From assembly GCA_965649765.1 (NCBI GenBank), contig OZ287756.1, positions 41,850,001-41,914,000 of the forward strand: 64,000 bases of DNA, read 5' to 3'. The number at the start of each line of letters is the position of its first letter. Position 1 is the stretch's first letter. Origin of the DNA: Bispira polyomma. Taxonomy: Eukaryota. Below the pieces are notes generated by a model. That model saw nothing but the letters and a program-made list of their open reading frames with translations. It had not been told where the DNA came from and ran no database searches. Made by a program: the position numbers and the translations under genes. This document shows positions 1-11,601 of the stretch, piece after piece.

Positions 1-116
1 GATAACTATAATGCAGTATCAGAGTAACTTACGACCAGGCAAAGAGTAAGAACGAGGACCAAAGAGTTGCCAAAATGTATACCAAGTTGCAAGGAGTTAT
101 ACAAAGATTACACCAG

Positions 117-468
117 GGGCCGTATTTACAAAGATTCTTATTGTTAGCATTAGTTATTCTTAAAAATATTTTACAATTTTTCTTAGATTAGGAAATTTTT
201 AAGAAAAATTATAAGAATAACACTTTAAAATTTGTTTTATTCCAATTCTTCGACTTTTTTAATGAAAAAAAAAAATTAAATAAGGCTAAAATCTAAGAAT
301 AGAACAAAAATGGCCAACTTTGTGGGTAGTAATTCTGCACAAAAATTCAAGATTAAGAAAGCAACAAATGTTGAAAAAAAATATTCCTAGAATTTTTCTG
401 AGAAAATTCGTGGATTAAAAAAAGAATAAGAGTAATTCTAAGAATAAGAATCTTTGTAAATACGGCCC
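117..468. mobile_element. MITE, tentatively PIF/Harbinger-like
   Basis: 26-bp perfect TIR GGGCCGTATTTACAAAGATTCTTATT, CAG at both flanks, AT-rich non-coding interior. Superfamily call is tentative. Confidence 0.75.
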
Positions 469-1395
469 AGGAGTAACCAAGAATGAATCTTAGTCTAGTA
501 GTTAGTTATGTGAAGCTCTTACAGACTTCTCAAGAGTTAACATCACTTTTTAGCTCTTGTTATCTCTGGTTTAAGTCTGGACAAGCATATTGCTAGCCTA
601 TGGATTTAATTGGGAGAACTCATGAGAAGCTCGTGACAGCTCAGTAATAAATCTACATGTCCATTGATTGGCTTTTGTCAAATTATGCATGACTCTTGAC
701 AGGTATTTGATAAATTCTCCATAACTCAGCTTGGTTCTCAGACTGCAAAGACCTGCAGTAGTTGTCCTGATTTATTAGGTTTTATAAGGACTTGTCCAAT
801 AGCTATATCCAGCTTCCTCAGTTGATCCAGAGTTATCATGACTCCTCAACTTAGGCAAAAATTTTGAACATAGCAATAATAATATTTCTTATAGTAATAC
901 TACCTTTTTGCCAGTGAAAAATAAAGTAATACTTTAAAGCTGAAAAATCTGTCCATAGAGATGTCTGTTTAATCTAAGAAGGTAACAACTATTAACCTGT
1001 TTTGAGGGTAACATTCAGTTTTGTCAAATAGAGACAAGGGCATTTTATTCTGCCAATTATCATTATTGTATTGTCAGGAGTAGAACCAGGCACCACCTGG
1101 TAACTAGATCAACTCCATAACCACTAGGACATAGGATACAATACAGCTATGGTTAAATTACAAAGGACATGTAAACCTAAAAGAATTAATAAAAACATTG
1201 TACTTTAATGCTTTAAAAAATACCACATGTAATAAAATATACCTATTGTAAACAAGAGGAAGTGACCTTCCGGTCACAAATCTCGAAGACATGTATCGAC
1301 ATGTGTCAAGGTGTGTACCTTAAAGTAAACTAATATTATCTGTCTATCTGTCATTGTATAAGTTACAACAACAAAAATAATCTGTCTACTTGTCA

Positions 1396-1549
1396 CAGTC
1401 CAATGGTAGTGTGAAAAGTTATAAGTTAATAAGTAAGTTTATTATAAGACAGTAAAAGATTGCATTTGAGGTTTTTATTTACATGTTAGCTTATGTACAG
1501 GTTGACAATCAAAGTCAGTTAAAATTTCAGGATGGAATTTTAAGCCCCA
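1396..1549 (-). repeat. E1 split direct repeat B2 (154 bp)
   Basis: Copy of B1 at the element 3' end, ending in GGACTG. Confidence 0.95.
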
Positions 1550-2162
1550 TCACGGCTACCATAAAATACAGCCGGGTCAAAAATAAAAACCCATAACAAA
1601 GCTAATAATAAGCTAAGAGACAATCACAAATATAAAGAATAGTGTAAACCCCTCAGTCACACCAGACTTTGGATTAGAACCAATAAAATAACCTCAAAAG
1701 AGGAAAATACATTTAAATACATTGATTACTATAAACATGACTATCATTAACATCACCTTCAACTAGTTCATTGTGTGAATAATGTACTGTAATATACAAC
1801 AAAGTTACTTTTGGTGACTAAGATACTAAGAACAATTTCAGGGGATAAACTTTCCTGTTTACTGTAAATTCTGACATGTATTTGTGATACATGGATACTA
1901 ATTGACGCTAGGTGATCGTGTACAAAAAAGGTGCCCTTGTGGGGACCACACGTGTACCCAAGTTATCGTCATTGTGTCTAAATTGGTACGTTGTGTTACT
2001 TATTCAACAAGTGGTATTAACTAGCTCAGTAAGCGTCCCTTGGATCGTTAACTTGAGTCATATGAAGCTGACCACTCTAATGTCGCGTATGTTATAACCC
2101 CATATGAGTCAATGTTCAACTATGCTTATAAATTGAAAATAAGTCCATGCAAGAGAGAACAT

Positions 2163-2335
2163 GCAACGTAGTAACAGCAGGACCCCGGGCCTTGGACACC
2201 AACCGCCTAGCAGGGTGAAGTCCAACCTCTCAGAGCCCCTTATTCCACTCTGGAACCCCAGTGGTGAACTCAGAGGAGGGAGTAAGAAGGAAGGACCCCA
2301 GACCCACACGGCCCGGAGCCCGGCCGCCACGTTGC
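2163..2335 (-). ncRNA. Putative structured RNA element in the E1 A2-B2 spacer
   Basis: GC-rich island with nested stems GCAACGT/ACGTTGC, GGCTCCGGGCC/GGCCCGGGGTC, CCTCT/AGAGG and GAGTTC/GGGCTC. The core is shared with 62525-62748. Confidence 0.55.
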
Positions 2336-2425
2336 CGTCAAACCTGCCTGGATAACCTTATGCATCAGAGAACCTTAAAATTTCTATAAATCCTTAATAA
2401 CGCTGTGGTAAGGGGAGGTGGTGGG

Positions 2426-2648
2426 TTTCAATTTTCTAAATGTCCTGTTTACAGGTGAAAACACAAATTCAATATGGAGGATAGCTATCCTAGCTTAGGG
2501 GTCACTAATAGCTAATGCTGTGATTGGACAAGGCCCAGATGGACAGAAAGTTGGATAATGCTATTGCATTCGCTAGGGATTAAGGTAGTGTGATAGAAAA
2601 AGGAGGTTGGACTGAACTAGCAGTCCCCTGGGGTGGACTTGCTATGCA
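2426..2648 (-). repeat. E1 split direct repeat A2 (223 bp)
   Basis: Copy of A1. Abuts B1 to form the junction GGACTG|TGCATAG on the element sense strand. Confidence 0.95.
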
Positions 2649-2802
2649 CAGTCCAATGGTGGTGTGAAAAGTTATAAGTTAATAAGTAAGTTTATTATAA
2701 GACAGTAAAAGATTGCATTTGAGGTTTTTATTTACATGTTAGCTTATGTACAGGTTGACAATCAAAGTCAGTTAAAATTTCAGGATGGAATTTTAAGCCC
2801 CA
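2649..2802 (-). repeat. E1 split direct repeat B1 (154 bp)
   Basis: Matches 1396-1549 with one visible substitution. Contains CTAACATGTAAATAAA (poly(A) signal). Confidence 0.95.
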
Positions 2803-2809
2803 AGCCCAA

Positions 2810-3783
2810 CTAAGAAGGAGGGATAGCCGCAGCAAAGGTGAGAGGCACCACTGAAGCAGCTTGGGAGGTCTTCTGTAGGTAGGTCCATACAGCTGAAGAC
2901 CTCCACAGGCCATGGGACATAATATTCTGCAGTGATACGTTTTTATTGAAAGCAAATGTGGCCCCCGACCTCCTAAATGTGTGGAACCCGTGTGAATGGT
3001 ATGGAATGCCTATGTGTTCTAAGACTCTCTGTAATGCGACTCTCACATGTGTCTCTATGACTGGGTAAAATGGTGGTGAGTTAACTGCAAACAGTGGTGC
3101 AGATGGAGGGAGAGGCCTAGACAAGATAAGCTGCTGTATAGCCCTTACTGGACATAAAATTTGGTTTTGAAGTACCGGAATTTGTATAATGTGGGAGTCT
3201 GATCTGTTTTGAAGGTTCTTAGCCCATTTCAAGATGACATGGGCCCCAGGAGGGGCAAAGATAATATCCTGTCTAAGAAAGTGCCTAGATGGGTCAAACG
3301 CTGCCCTAGAGTGAGAAGCCAGATTGGAAAGTCTCAAGAAGCCGAAAAAGGCTAGAAGGAAAATAGCCCTAAAAAGTACTGGATCCTGCAATATCTGACA
3401 AGCTTGGGATATCTGTGTTAACTGATGTATATCAAACAATCCCTTAGGTCTAGGCCTGAAAGTAGAGTTGATGGTAATGCTTCTCGTAAATAAAGAAACA
3501 GAGTTGTGTGTAAAAGGAGCCATACTCCACTGTAATTTGTTAGCCATAAATTTAAGTGATGAGAGGTAATTGGCAATGACAGCCGGTGAAAGGCTATTCT
3601 GTGCTAAGTATTCTAAGAAAGCCAGAACTGATGAAACATTAATGTGTTTAATGCCAGCAACATGTAAGAAAGCTAAAAATGTCTTGAATTGGTTACTGTA
3701 AGCTGTAGTGGTCTTTGGTCGCAGTGCCAAGTCTATTCTGTTGCAGGCTGATTGAACAAGTGTATGAGTGGAACTGGCAGAAC
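2810..3783 (-). CDS. E1 tyrosine recombinase; uninterrupted, no N-terminal ATG, probably a spliced exon
   Basis: Catalytic R (GFLRLSN), HxxR (HTFR), H (HGLW) and Y (VWTY). The frame is open from the TTTCAG acceptor at 3789-3784. Confidence 0.93.
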
Positions 3784-3789
3784 CTGAAA

Positions 3790-6536
3790 TTACACAGATA
3801 AGGCCAGGTCAAAGTACCTTATAGGGACCTCATTCCATTTATAACAATTTTGTAATTTAACAGTTAGCTCTGCAGTAGGAGGTTTATCTGAAAAAAAGTC
3901 TAGAAAGCGCATCTGCAATTACATTATTTTTCCCTGGAATGTGTTGTATGTCAATTGTGATGTCATGTGTGGCTGCAAGCAGCCAGATATTCCTTAAACA
4001 TGAGGCCAGAAAGTCATCCTTAGTTTTTTGTGAATTCACAACCAGTACTACGGCCATGTTGTCACAGTGAAACAAAACCCGTTGATGCGCCCACTTTAAC
4101 GCCCATACACGCAACGCGAGAATGATATTCAGCATCTCTAAGTGAACTATTGTCAACTCTCTGCCAAAAACATTGAAATATGGTGTAGCGTACACCTCAT
4201 CTTTCCACACGCCTCCTAAACCGGTAAGGCAAGCGTCTAAATGTAACTCACTCATGTTTTGAATCATAGGATGGTCAATGAAAGTTACTCCGTTAAATGT
4301 CTGTAAGAACTGCTTGAACCACGCTAAGTCGTTCCGCATGTCTTGAGAAATAGCAAATTTTTTCTTACCCTCATTGTTTCTAAATGCGTGAAGCAGTCTA
4401 TTAATAAAAGTGCGTGCCGGCTTGACGCATTTGTGCACATACAGAAGTTTCCCTAAGAGGGACTGAAACCGACTGCGCGTTATGAAGCGCCTGTTAAACA
4501 CGTCGCACACACATTCAAGAATCTCTTCTATTTTCCCATGCTGGATGCTAATAGTACCAGCAACAGTGTCAATGTTAATACCCAAACAAGTAATGCTAGT
4601 ACTAGGTGGGGTGCGTTTGTTTGCATTCATGGGGAGACCTAAATAGTCTAGCAGTTTGGTCAAAATCTGAAAACCCCTGTGAGCCTCTACTCTATTGGAG
4701 ACGCAAATGTAATCGTCGATGTAGCAGAACATATTGAAACCGTTTTTGCGCATATATGACGCTATTGCGTCAGAGCAGCGTTGAAACGCCGCTGCCATGA
4801 ATCCAGCCAAACGCCACCGCAGGATCTATGTAACTACCCTCTTCAAACTGGATTCCTAATTTTACAGCGTCAACAGGATCTACACGCAAATTACGGAAAG
4901 CGCGAGCTACGTCGATTTTAAACAATACCGGATCATCTGTGACTTTGACCGCACTAGTAATATCATCGATTGTAGGAAATTTCAGAATAAATTTTTTCCC
5001 ATCAAACATATTCTTATCAACATTCTCATTAAGCGAATTGCCTTGTGGGTATGAGAGGTTCAGAATTACCCTACGACTAGTAATGTCCTTGGGACGTGTG
5101 AGAAGTGGTGAACAATGGTAATGTGAGGAGCTAACCTCCTTCACTGGGCCCAACATGGCACCCTTATTACTTTCTTTAACCAGATATTCTCTCACACTAC
5201 TTGTGTGTTGGAGGGCAGAATAATGATTGGTAACAGAGGCATTGTTAAGCATTTCTGGATTGGTGAGAGAAAGAGGAAAGCCGAATCTAATGTACTGACA
5301 CAGCAACTGGTCAGGATAATCTTGGAAAACTTCATCCCATGCATCTGGATTAAGTCCTGACACCAGGGGAACCCTTGCTTGTCTATAATTGGGAAGTGCA
5401 GTGTCTCTGATAACAGAAGCCACTTGCAGCATGTCTTCTACTGTTTCAATTCTCTTAACAGGTTTGTCAGGACCTATGAATGTGAATGCTGTTGAGGAAA
5501 GTGCCAAGAAACCCATGGTTTTCTCGGGGTCATTAAAGTCCTTAATTTCTTTGTACAAATCCTTGTTTGCTCGAACACTATCAACCATTTGAGTGAATTC
5601 ATTGCTCGACGAGTTCATGTATATTTTATCACAAATCAGACTGTTTACAGTCTCACTTGGTTTTTGTGTACTTACATTTGACAGGTCTGCACAATTGTCT
5701 GACTTATGGCAATTGTCAGGTGTTTCGTCTTCACTGTCACTAATAAGTGCACCTACTAACCTGGTCATGTATTCAGTATAATCAAAACCCAACTGCTTGA
5801 AACAGGCATTATCTCTTTCGAAATAATAAAATGTATCAGCAGCTTGCTTGATCACAGCCTGGTGATGAGTTTCCACATTAGTATTACTGGTAGTATTTAA
5901 AGAAACAGCCTGAACCTGGATTATGGTTTGAAAGGTTTGAATAATACAAAGGTTTTGGCTAGGTGGAAATTCAACACGAGCATATACACACTTGGCAGCA
6001 GTCACGTCATAAAACATGTGGAAATAACCTGAGAATTTTCCATCCCTATCCCTAATGTAAACAATTGGAGCCAAATTTTTAATTTCCCCACAAAAAGTTT
6101 TCCAATTGGTAACTGATACCTGACACGTGTGTGCCTCTTTGTTCCAAGCTGGTGAATTAGCATAGTGACTGCTCCCATTTGAAATGCAGGCCTCAGTGCT
6201 CCTGTCCCATCTATGGTGACCCGACTGGGTCCTGCTCTGAAATTGAATACATTCATTTACATTCTTGGTTTCATACTGGTAGTTGTCGCCAGCATCTACT
6301 GAAACTGCAAAATTATTAAAGACATCATTATCAACAAAGTTCACCTTTATATCAGTGTTGAATACATTATTGACAAACCTTGTACTATCTGACATTATCA
6401 TCTGCTGATAATCATTACTATTGGAACTTTGCACAATTGTATTAATTTCAGACATGCCTCTGTCGCAATAACCTAATTCACTGTTTTTGTCCTTTATATT
6501 AAACTCTTTTACAAATTTACTGTTACCGTTCATCAT
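3790..6536 (-). pseudogene. E1 reverse transcriptase/RNase H ORF with two frameshifts
   Basis: Motifs HCSPLLTRPK, FKIDVARAFR, YIDD, LDACLTG, CDN and ADALSR. Frameshifts at ~4793 (FGWIHGS/AAFQ) and at the A7 run 3891-3897. Repairing the latter extends the ORF to ...RYFDLALSV* at 3790. Confidence 0.92.
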
Positions 6537-6590
6537 TGAATTACCCTTATCACTACCTAATGTTCGTCCAACTGGTTGTGAATCGTGGCC

Positions 6591-7822
6591 CTAGATGTTA
6601 CCTTGTTGTTTGTCTGGCTGTTTACTTACATTCGCTTTAAAGCATTTGAACTCTGGGTGCGACGCGTCCTTTCCTAATGTCTTATTACAATACCAACATA
6701 CATGACGATAATTGCCATGATCCGCCTTGTGAGTACACTTGCCATTATTAAACAGCTTACAGATGGATTTACTATCTGAAGAAGCCCCGTTAGCCAAGTT
6801 ACTGCATTGTTGCCTACCATAGCCATCTGGGAGGCACTGATGCGATTCAGTGCCCACTGAGTGTTGTCCTGCCAGGACAGCCTGCCTTCCTCGATCTCAT
6901 GCATACTGACAGCCCAGGCTGTCCTGACAGCAGGCCACGGAAGTGTGGCTGCATCCCGTAGTGCGTGTACCACTTGGTTCACCATAGCTTTCATTGTTGC
7001 CAGATCACTTACTTGTAGCGAGTTGGCCAGCTGGCCAGCCGCCCACTGCGGCAACGTGAGGTCGTCAAAGACTGGCCTTCGACGAGTCGATCCCCCACCC
7101 CAACCTTCGTTAGACCATCTGAGTTGGGGATCAGCTAAAGTAATATCTGTGGAGTTATAACGACCAGACTTCTGCCTGATTGAGTGCTTACCCTGGACTA
7201 GACCCCTCTGGGCCAAGGCTTCGTAGTCAGCCAGCTGCCTGGTAACGGCCGCCTGCACGTTTGGAAAAGATCTTAATGCATCGAGACTGGGGACAATGCC
7301 ATCTGTGTTGTAACCCTGACCTGTTGGTGGTTGCATCATAGGTTGAGCCAGCGGCTGCGCGACCCCATTGTACCTGGGAGGGGGAAGAGGTAACGAATAA
7401 CCCTCGTGTCTCTGTTGGACCACCGTACCATCCCTCATGGTGTGTAATGGAGAATTAGCGGGTCTAACTGTCTGTTTGTCCTCTACAAGTTGCAATCGCC
7501 GGGTTATGTTAGCGTTGGAGGTCTCCAGACCACGCAGAATGGAAAGAACCTCGGACATGCTTTGTGACTCGACTTGTGACTGGGGTACGGCCTGAGATGA
7601 GAGCCCGGCTTGGCTAGATGATCCATTTGAACTGGTCAGTAACTGAGAATCAATAAGAGGACACGCAGTGTCGGCAATGACTGTTCTATGTATTTCTGAT
7701 TGATCGTGAGTATTAGTAGTAGTTACCTGACCAGTACCCCTTTTCTTGGCTGTACTAGTTGAAGTTGTCTTTGTGGTCCGTTTCTTGCAGCTTAACACAG
7801 GAGTTGCTTTTGTTTTCCCCAT
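6591..7822 (-). CDS. E1 gag-like ORF1 with C-terminal Cys/His zinc finger (one frameshift near 6800)
   Basis: ATG at 7822, a coiled-coil segment and FDDLTLPQWAAGQL. The finger CKLFNNGKCTHKADHGNYRHVCWYC..H....C is in the shifted frame (6591-6857). Confidence 0.85.
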
Positions 7823-7916
7823 TTCACACAACAATCACTAGTTCCAGTACCACGTCAGTTAATAAAAAGAAGTAAAATATAAATAAAACCAATTCAGTGT
7901 AAATACGTGGTTAAAA

Positions 7917-8139
7917 TTTCAATTTTCTAAATGTCCTGTTTACAGGTGAAAACACAAATTCAATATGGAGGATAGCTATCCTAGCTTAGGGGTCACTAAT
8001 AGCTAATGCTGTGATTGGACAAGGCCCAGATGGACAGAAAGTTGGATAATGCTATTGCATTCGCTAGGGATTAAGGTAGTGTGATAGAAAAAGGAGGTTG
8101 GACTGAACTAGCAGTCCCCTGGGGTGGACTTGCTATGCA
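7917..8139 (-). repeat. E1 split direct repeat A1 (223 bp)
   Basis: Identical by eye to 2426-2648. Confidence 0.95.
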
Positions 8140-10880
8140 AACTAAAAGTAAAAAAAAAAATAACTGTCTATCTGTCGACATGTCAACCTATAAGGTACAA
8201 ACAAAATATTTATTTTATTTTGATTTTGGTTGGAAGCTTGTTGCTAGTGTATAGTCATGGGATACAATATTTTTGTTACATTATTTCGCAGATTTCTGGA
8301 GCTGCAAGTTTTACAAAAGTAACAGAAACAGAAATGTCAACCTTTAACAACAAAGTAAATATTTTTACAAAGAATAAATACTTTTGCATCTTCTGTCAAA
8401 ATGTGAAGCCATTATTTAGATTAATAACTGTGAAATAACATAATAATAATAATAATTACAGTATTTAATGTACCAATATCTATCTAAAGATAATCACTGA
8501 CACTACAAATTATTACCCCAAACCTATTTTATATCATTAGGTAGCTCACAGAAGTTGCTTTGTTTACCTACAACTCCATCTTGATTGTTGAGGGTCAATA
8601 TGTCTGTTGTATGGAGCGATTTCATTGGTTACTGTATGAGCGATTCTGATTGGCTGATCACACACACGTGACAATTCATAACAATAAAAATTGTGTAATT
8701 AGGAAGCCCATGGATATATTTGGAAAGCAAATCGAAGGGAATAATGGATGAAGGGTAAATTTTTAGAAATATTGTTGTATTTGTATGACAAAATAAAGAG
8801 TTTATCTTATTTTCTTGTGTCCGAAATCTGCAGAAAAGGGTTGCTTTTTAACGTCGAAATTAGAAATTAATTAATTATGAAGCCATATTTTCTAAACTAT
8901 GCACACATCACCTGATATTCTGAGCAGTTGAAAGACAGAATATATATATATCTATATATTAGGGAGTATCTATCAGTATGCAGTATCATTTCTCGACATA
9001 CGTTTTTGTTTGAGAAGTAAATTTAAGCGATTAATATAAGACAAAAGGTAAATTTTACAAATGCTATATGTATTTGTATGACAAAATAAAGAGTTTATCT
9101 TACTTACTTGTGTTCCAAAATGTCCAGAAAAGGGCTTGCCTTTTTAAATAATAATAATCCGTGGGTATAGTCACTAATAATAAAGCAATTCACTATTTTT
9201 TTTAAATACTATTTTCTCAACATATTACCTACACAGATAGATTCACATGTTTTTGATAGCCCTCACTGCAATAAATAAAGAGCATCGCTTTGAAATAGAA
9301 ATACTGTTTCCTCTTCGTATTTTTAGATATATTTGCTTTTCAAACGAAAACGTATACATCCCCTTCATTTTATATAATATGCATGGGGTATATATATATA
9401 TATAGATTAATTGAATTTAAATTTACGTGCTATATATATATATATATACTATATATTTTGTAAATGCTTTCAAATCTGTTTACTGCTCTTGCAATACTCG
9501 CTACATACACAGAATTGTTTAGAAGTAAAAAATATTGTTTCCTCGACATATTTAACCCCAAGTACACACAATATCTTATATTTTTTATTGAACGTGTATA
9601 TGGCCATTTTAAAGACAGAGTAATTTATTCTATATAGGTCTATATTTTAATCGACCAATCAGAAACTCGCCCCATCTGTGACAATATTTGTACTTTAAAG
9701 CAATGATGTGTATATATACTTGGGGTGCCATGACTGTTTCAAATAATCTATACATATATGTATACTTTGACATTCATAAACACCTTATATCTTCATTTTA
9801 TTTTCATAATATTTCCTACCTTATATTGCCTTGAAGATGGATATCCAAATATATTGCAGTTTGAATATGTGAGTGAAGTATATCTGTGTATATAACCACA
9901 ATAATAATAAAGCATTTTGCCATACACAGCATTGCTTTGAAGTCGTCAAATGGTCATTCAAGTATCTATATACTCTTAGATGATTACACAAATGGCAAAA
10001 GAAGAGGCAAGTTTCTGATTGGTGGATTAAAAAATTGTTTAGTACTACAAATATGGCGGTTTTGAAAGCTATCGAAGTTTTGCAAAAAACTAAAGAAATA
10101 TTATTGGATTAAAGCAACTATACGTGCATATAAGGTGATATTTTTCAAACTTTCATATAATATTAATATTTTTATTGAATAAGGACAATTTGGTTTCTAT
10201 TCGCCACTTCTTACCCATCGTATTGAAAAATTGTATCTATCTTCTGTTTACAAAAAAAAAAAACTGTAGTGTGGCACCGTCTAGCAGTCGAAACCATTGT
10301 TAAAAGGTGTGTGTTCTCGCAATTTAGAAGAAAAATAGAAGAAATAGATATATCCCGTCAGCATGGGTGTATATATATTGTAAAAAAATCCCCAACCATA
10401 ATCTTTGTTACATATATAAATGCATTTTAAAACCTACGACCAGGATTTGCTCCACGAAAAAAGGCATAAAAAAATATACGGTAATTGCGAGATCAAAGGT
10501 TAAATCTTATTTTACAAACAAAATAAAAAATTAATAGATATATTAATGCTTCTGACTCGTTTTTAGTACCAACCACATGTAACTGCCAAAAAATGACTGA
10601 AAATAATGGATGGAACTGGTAGAAAGTGCTGTTTACAGAAAAAAACATGTATCTTCTACATGATATACTACAATAATATTTTGAATTCTTATTACAAATA
10701 GTATATAGTTTTATATACTAAATAAAGCAATAACAATGATAAATATCAGAAAATTTTGAAGTGGACATATATGCATTGACAGAATATATGTGGGTATGTG
10801 AGGTAAACAATTTAGTCGGAGTTACTACATTTATCTGACAGTTGTATATTGGGAGATGTGGTTGAAAACATCAAACTTAC

Positions 10881-10982
10881 CCATGCAAACAGAGATACAT
10901 TGGTTGTATTTGCCCTTGAAGCTGAGTTGGGGCTTACAGCACTGGTCACAAGGCTCCTCAGTAACAGGGTCCGTAACTGGAA
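10881..10982 (-). CDS. Probable host-gene exon (Cys-rich), left-arm copy
   Basis: Mirror of 50250-50351: TTTTAG acceptor, G|GTAAGT donor, peptide PVTDPVTEEPCDQCCKPQLSFKGKYNQCISVCM. Confidence 0.6.
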
Positions 10983-11093
10983 CTAAAAGTGAGATTTAAT
11001 TACTGTTTCTATTTGCAAGATCATTATTTTGTAACATTCAGATTTTAAGGCTTAACATTCTTATTTTTGGTCTGATTATTATTATTCTTTTAC

Positions 11094-11123
11094 CATTTTG
11101 TGTAACAAGACAAGTATCTGAAG
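11094..11123 (-). CDS. Candidate 30-bp host micro-exon, left-arm copy
   Basis: Mirror of 50109-50138. Confidence 0.4.
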
Positions 11124-11375
11124 CTGTAAAGTGATGATTAATAACCCAGAGAACAAAGTATAAATGAACTCTTTTTAATTTCCGCCATCTGTTTATATGT
11201 CAAAAATCACTCGCCAGAGTGCACACGCATGACATAATGATAATAGTAATAACAATATACCACATTTATATGGTGCCCTATCAACCAAAGAATACATGTA
11301 TAAATAAGATAGCAATAGTTAATGATTCATTATGAAATTAGCTACCCAAAAAACAAGCTAAGTATAGAACACAGA

Positions 11376-11601
11376 GTCTCTTAGCTTATTATTAGCTTTG
11401 TTATGGGTTTTTATTTTTGACCCGGCTGTATTTTATGGTAGCCGTGATGGGGCTTAAAATTCCATCCTGAAATTTTAACTGACTTTGATTGTCAATCTGT
11501 ACATAAGCTAACATGTAAATAAAAACCTCAAACGCAATCTTTTACTGTCTTATAATAAACTTACTTATTAACTTATAACTTTTCACACCACCATTGGACT
11601 G
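11376..11601 (+). mobile_element. 226-bp 3'-terminal fragment of the E1 family
   Basis: Near-identical reverse complement of 1396-1621, ending exactly at GGACTG. Confidence 0.92.

Larger units (their letters stand above)
1396..8139 (-). mobile_element. Full-length Ngaro/PAT-type tyrosine-recombinase retrotransposon (E1)
   Basis: Order on the - strand is A1-gag-RT/RH-YR-B1-A2-spacer-B2 (split direct repeats). It is absent from the mirror arm, where the empty site TTTAGTT^TGACAAG lies at 53091/53092. No clear TSD (2-bp TG ambiguity). Confidence 0.95.

Noticed and set aside
2810-6536. Prokaryotic phage integrase plus retron/DGR-type RT system
   Set aside because: The gag-RT-RNase H-YR order with split direct repeats is the DIRS-order (Ngaro/PAT) retrotransposon architecture.
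8750-9150. ~100-bp diverged direct repeat with nearby CCAATCAG motifs as a regulatory module
   Set aside because: The repeat is real, but I could not define termini or a linked gene; most likely the interior of an old non-autonomous element.
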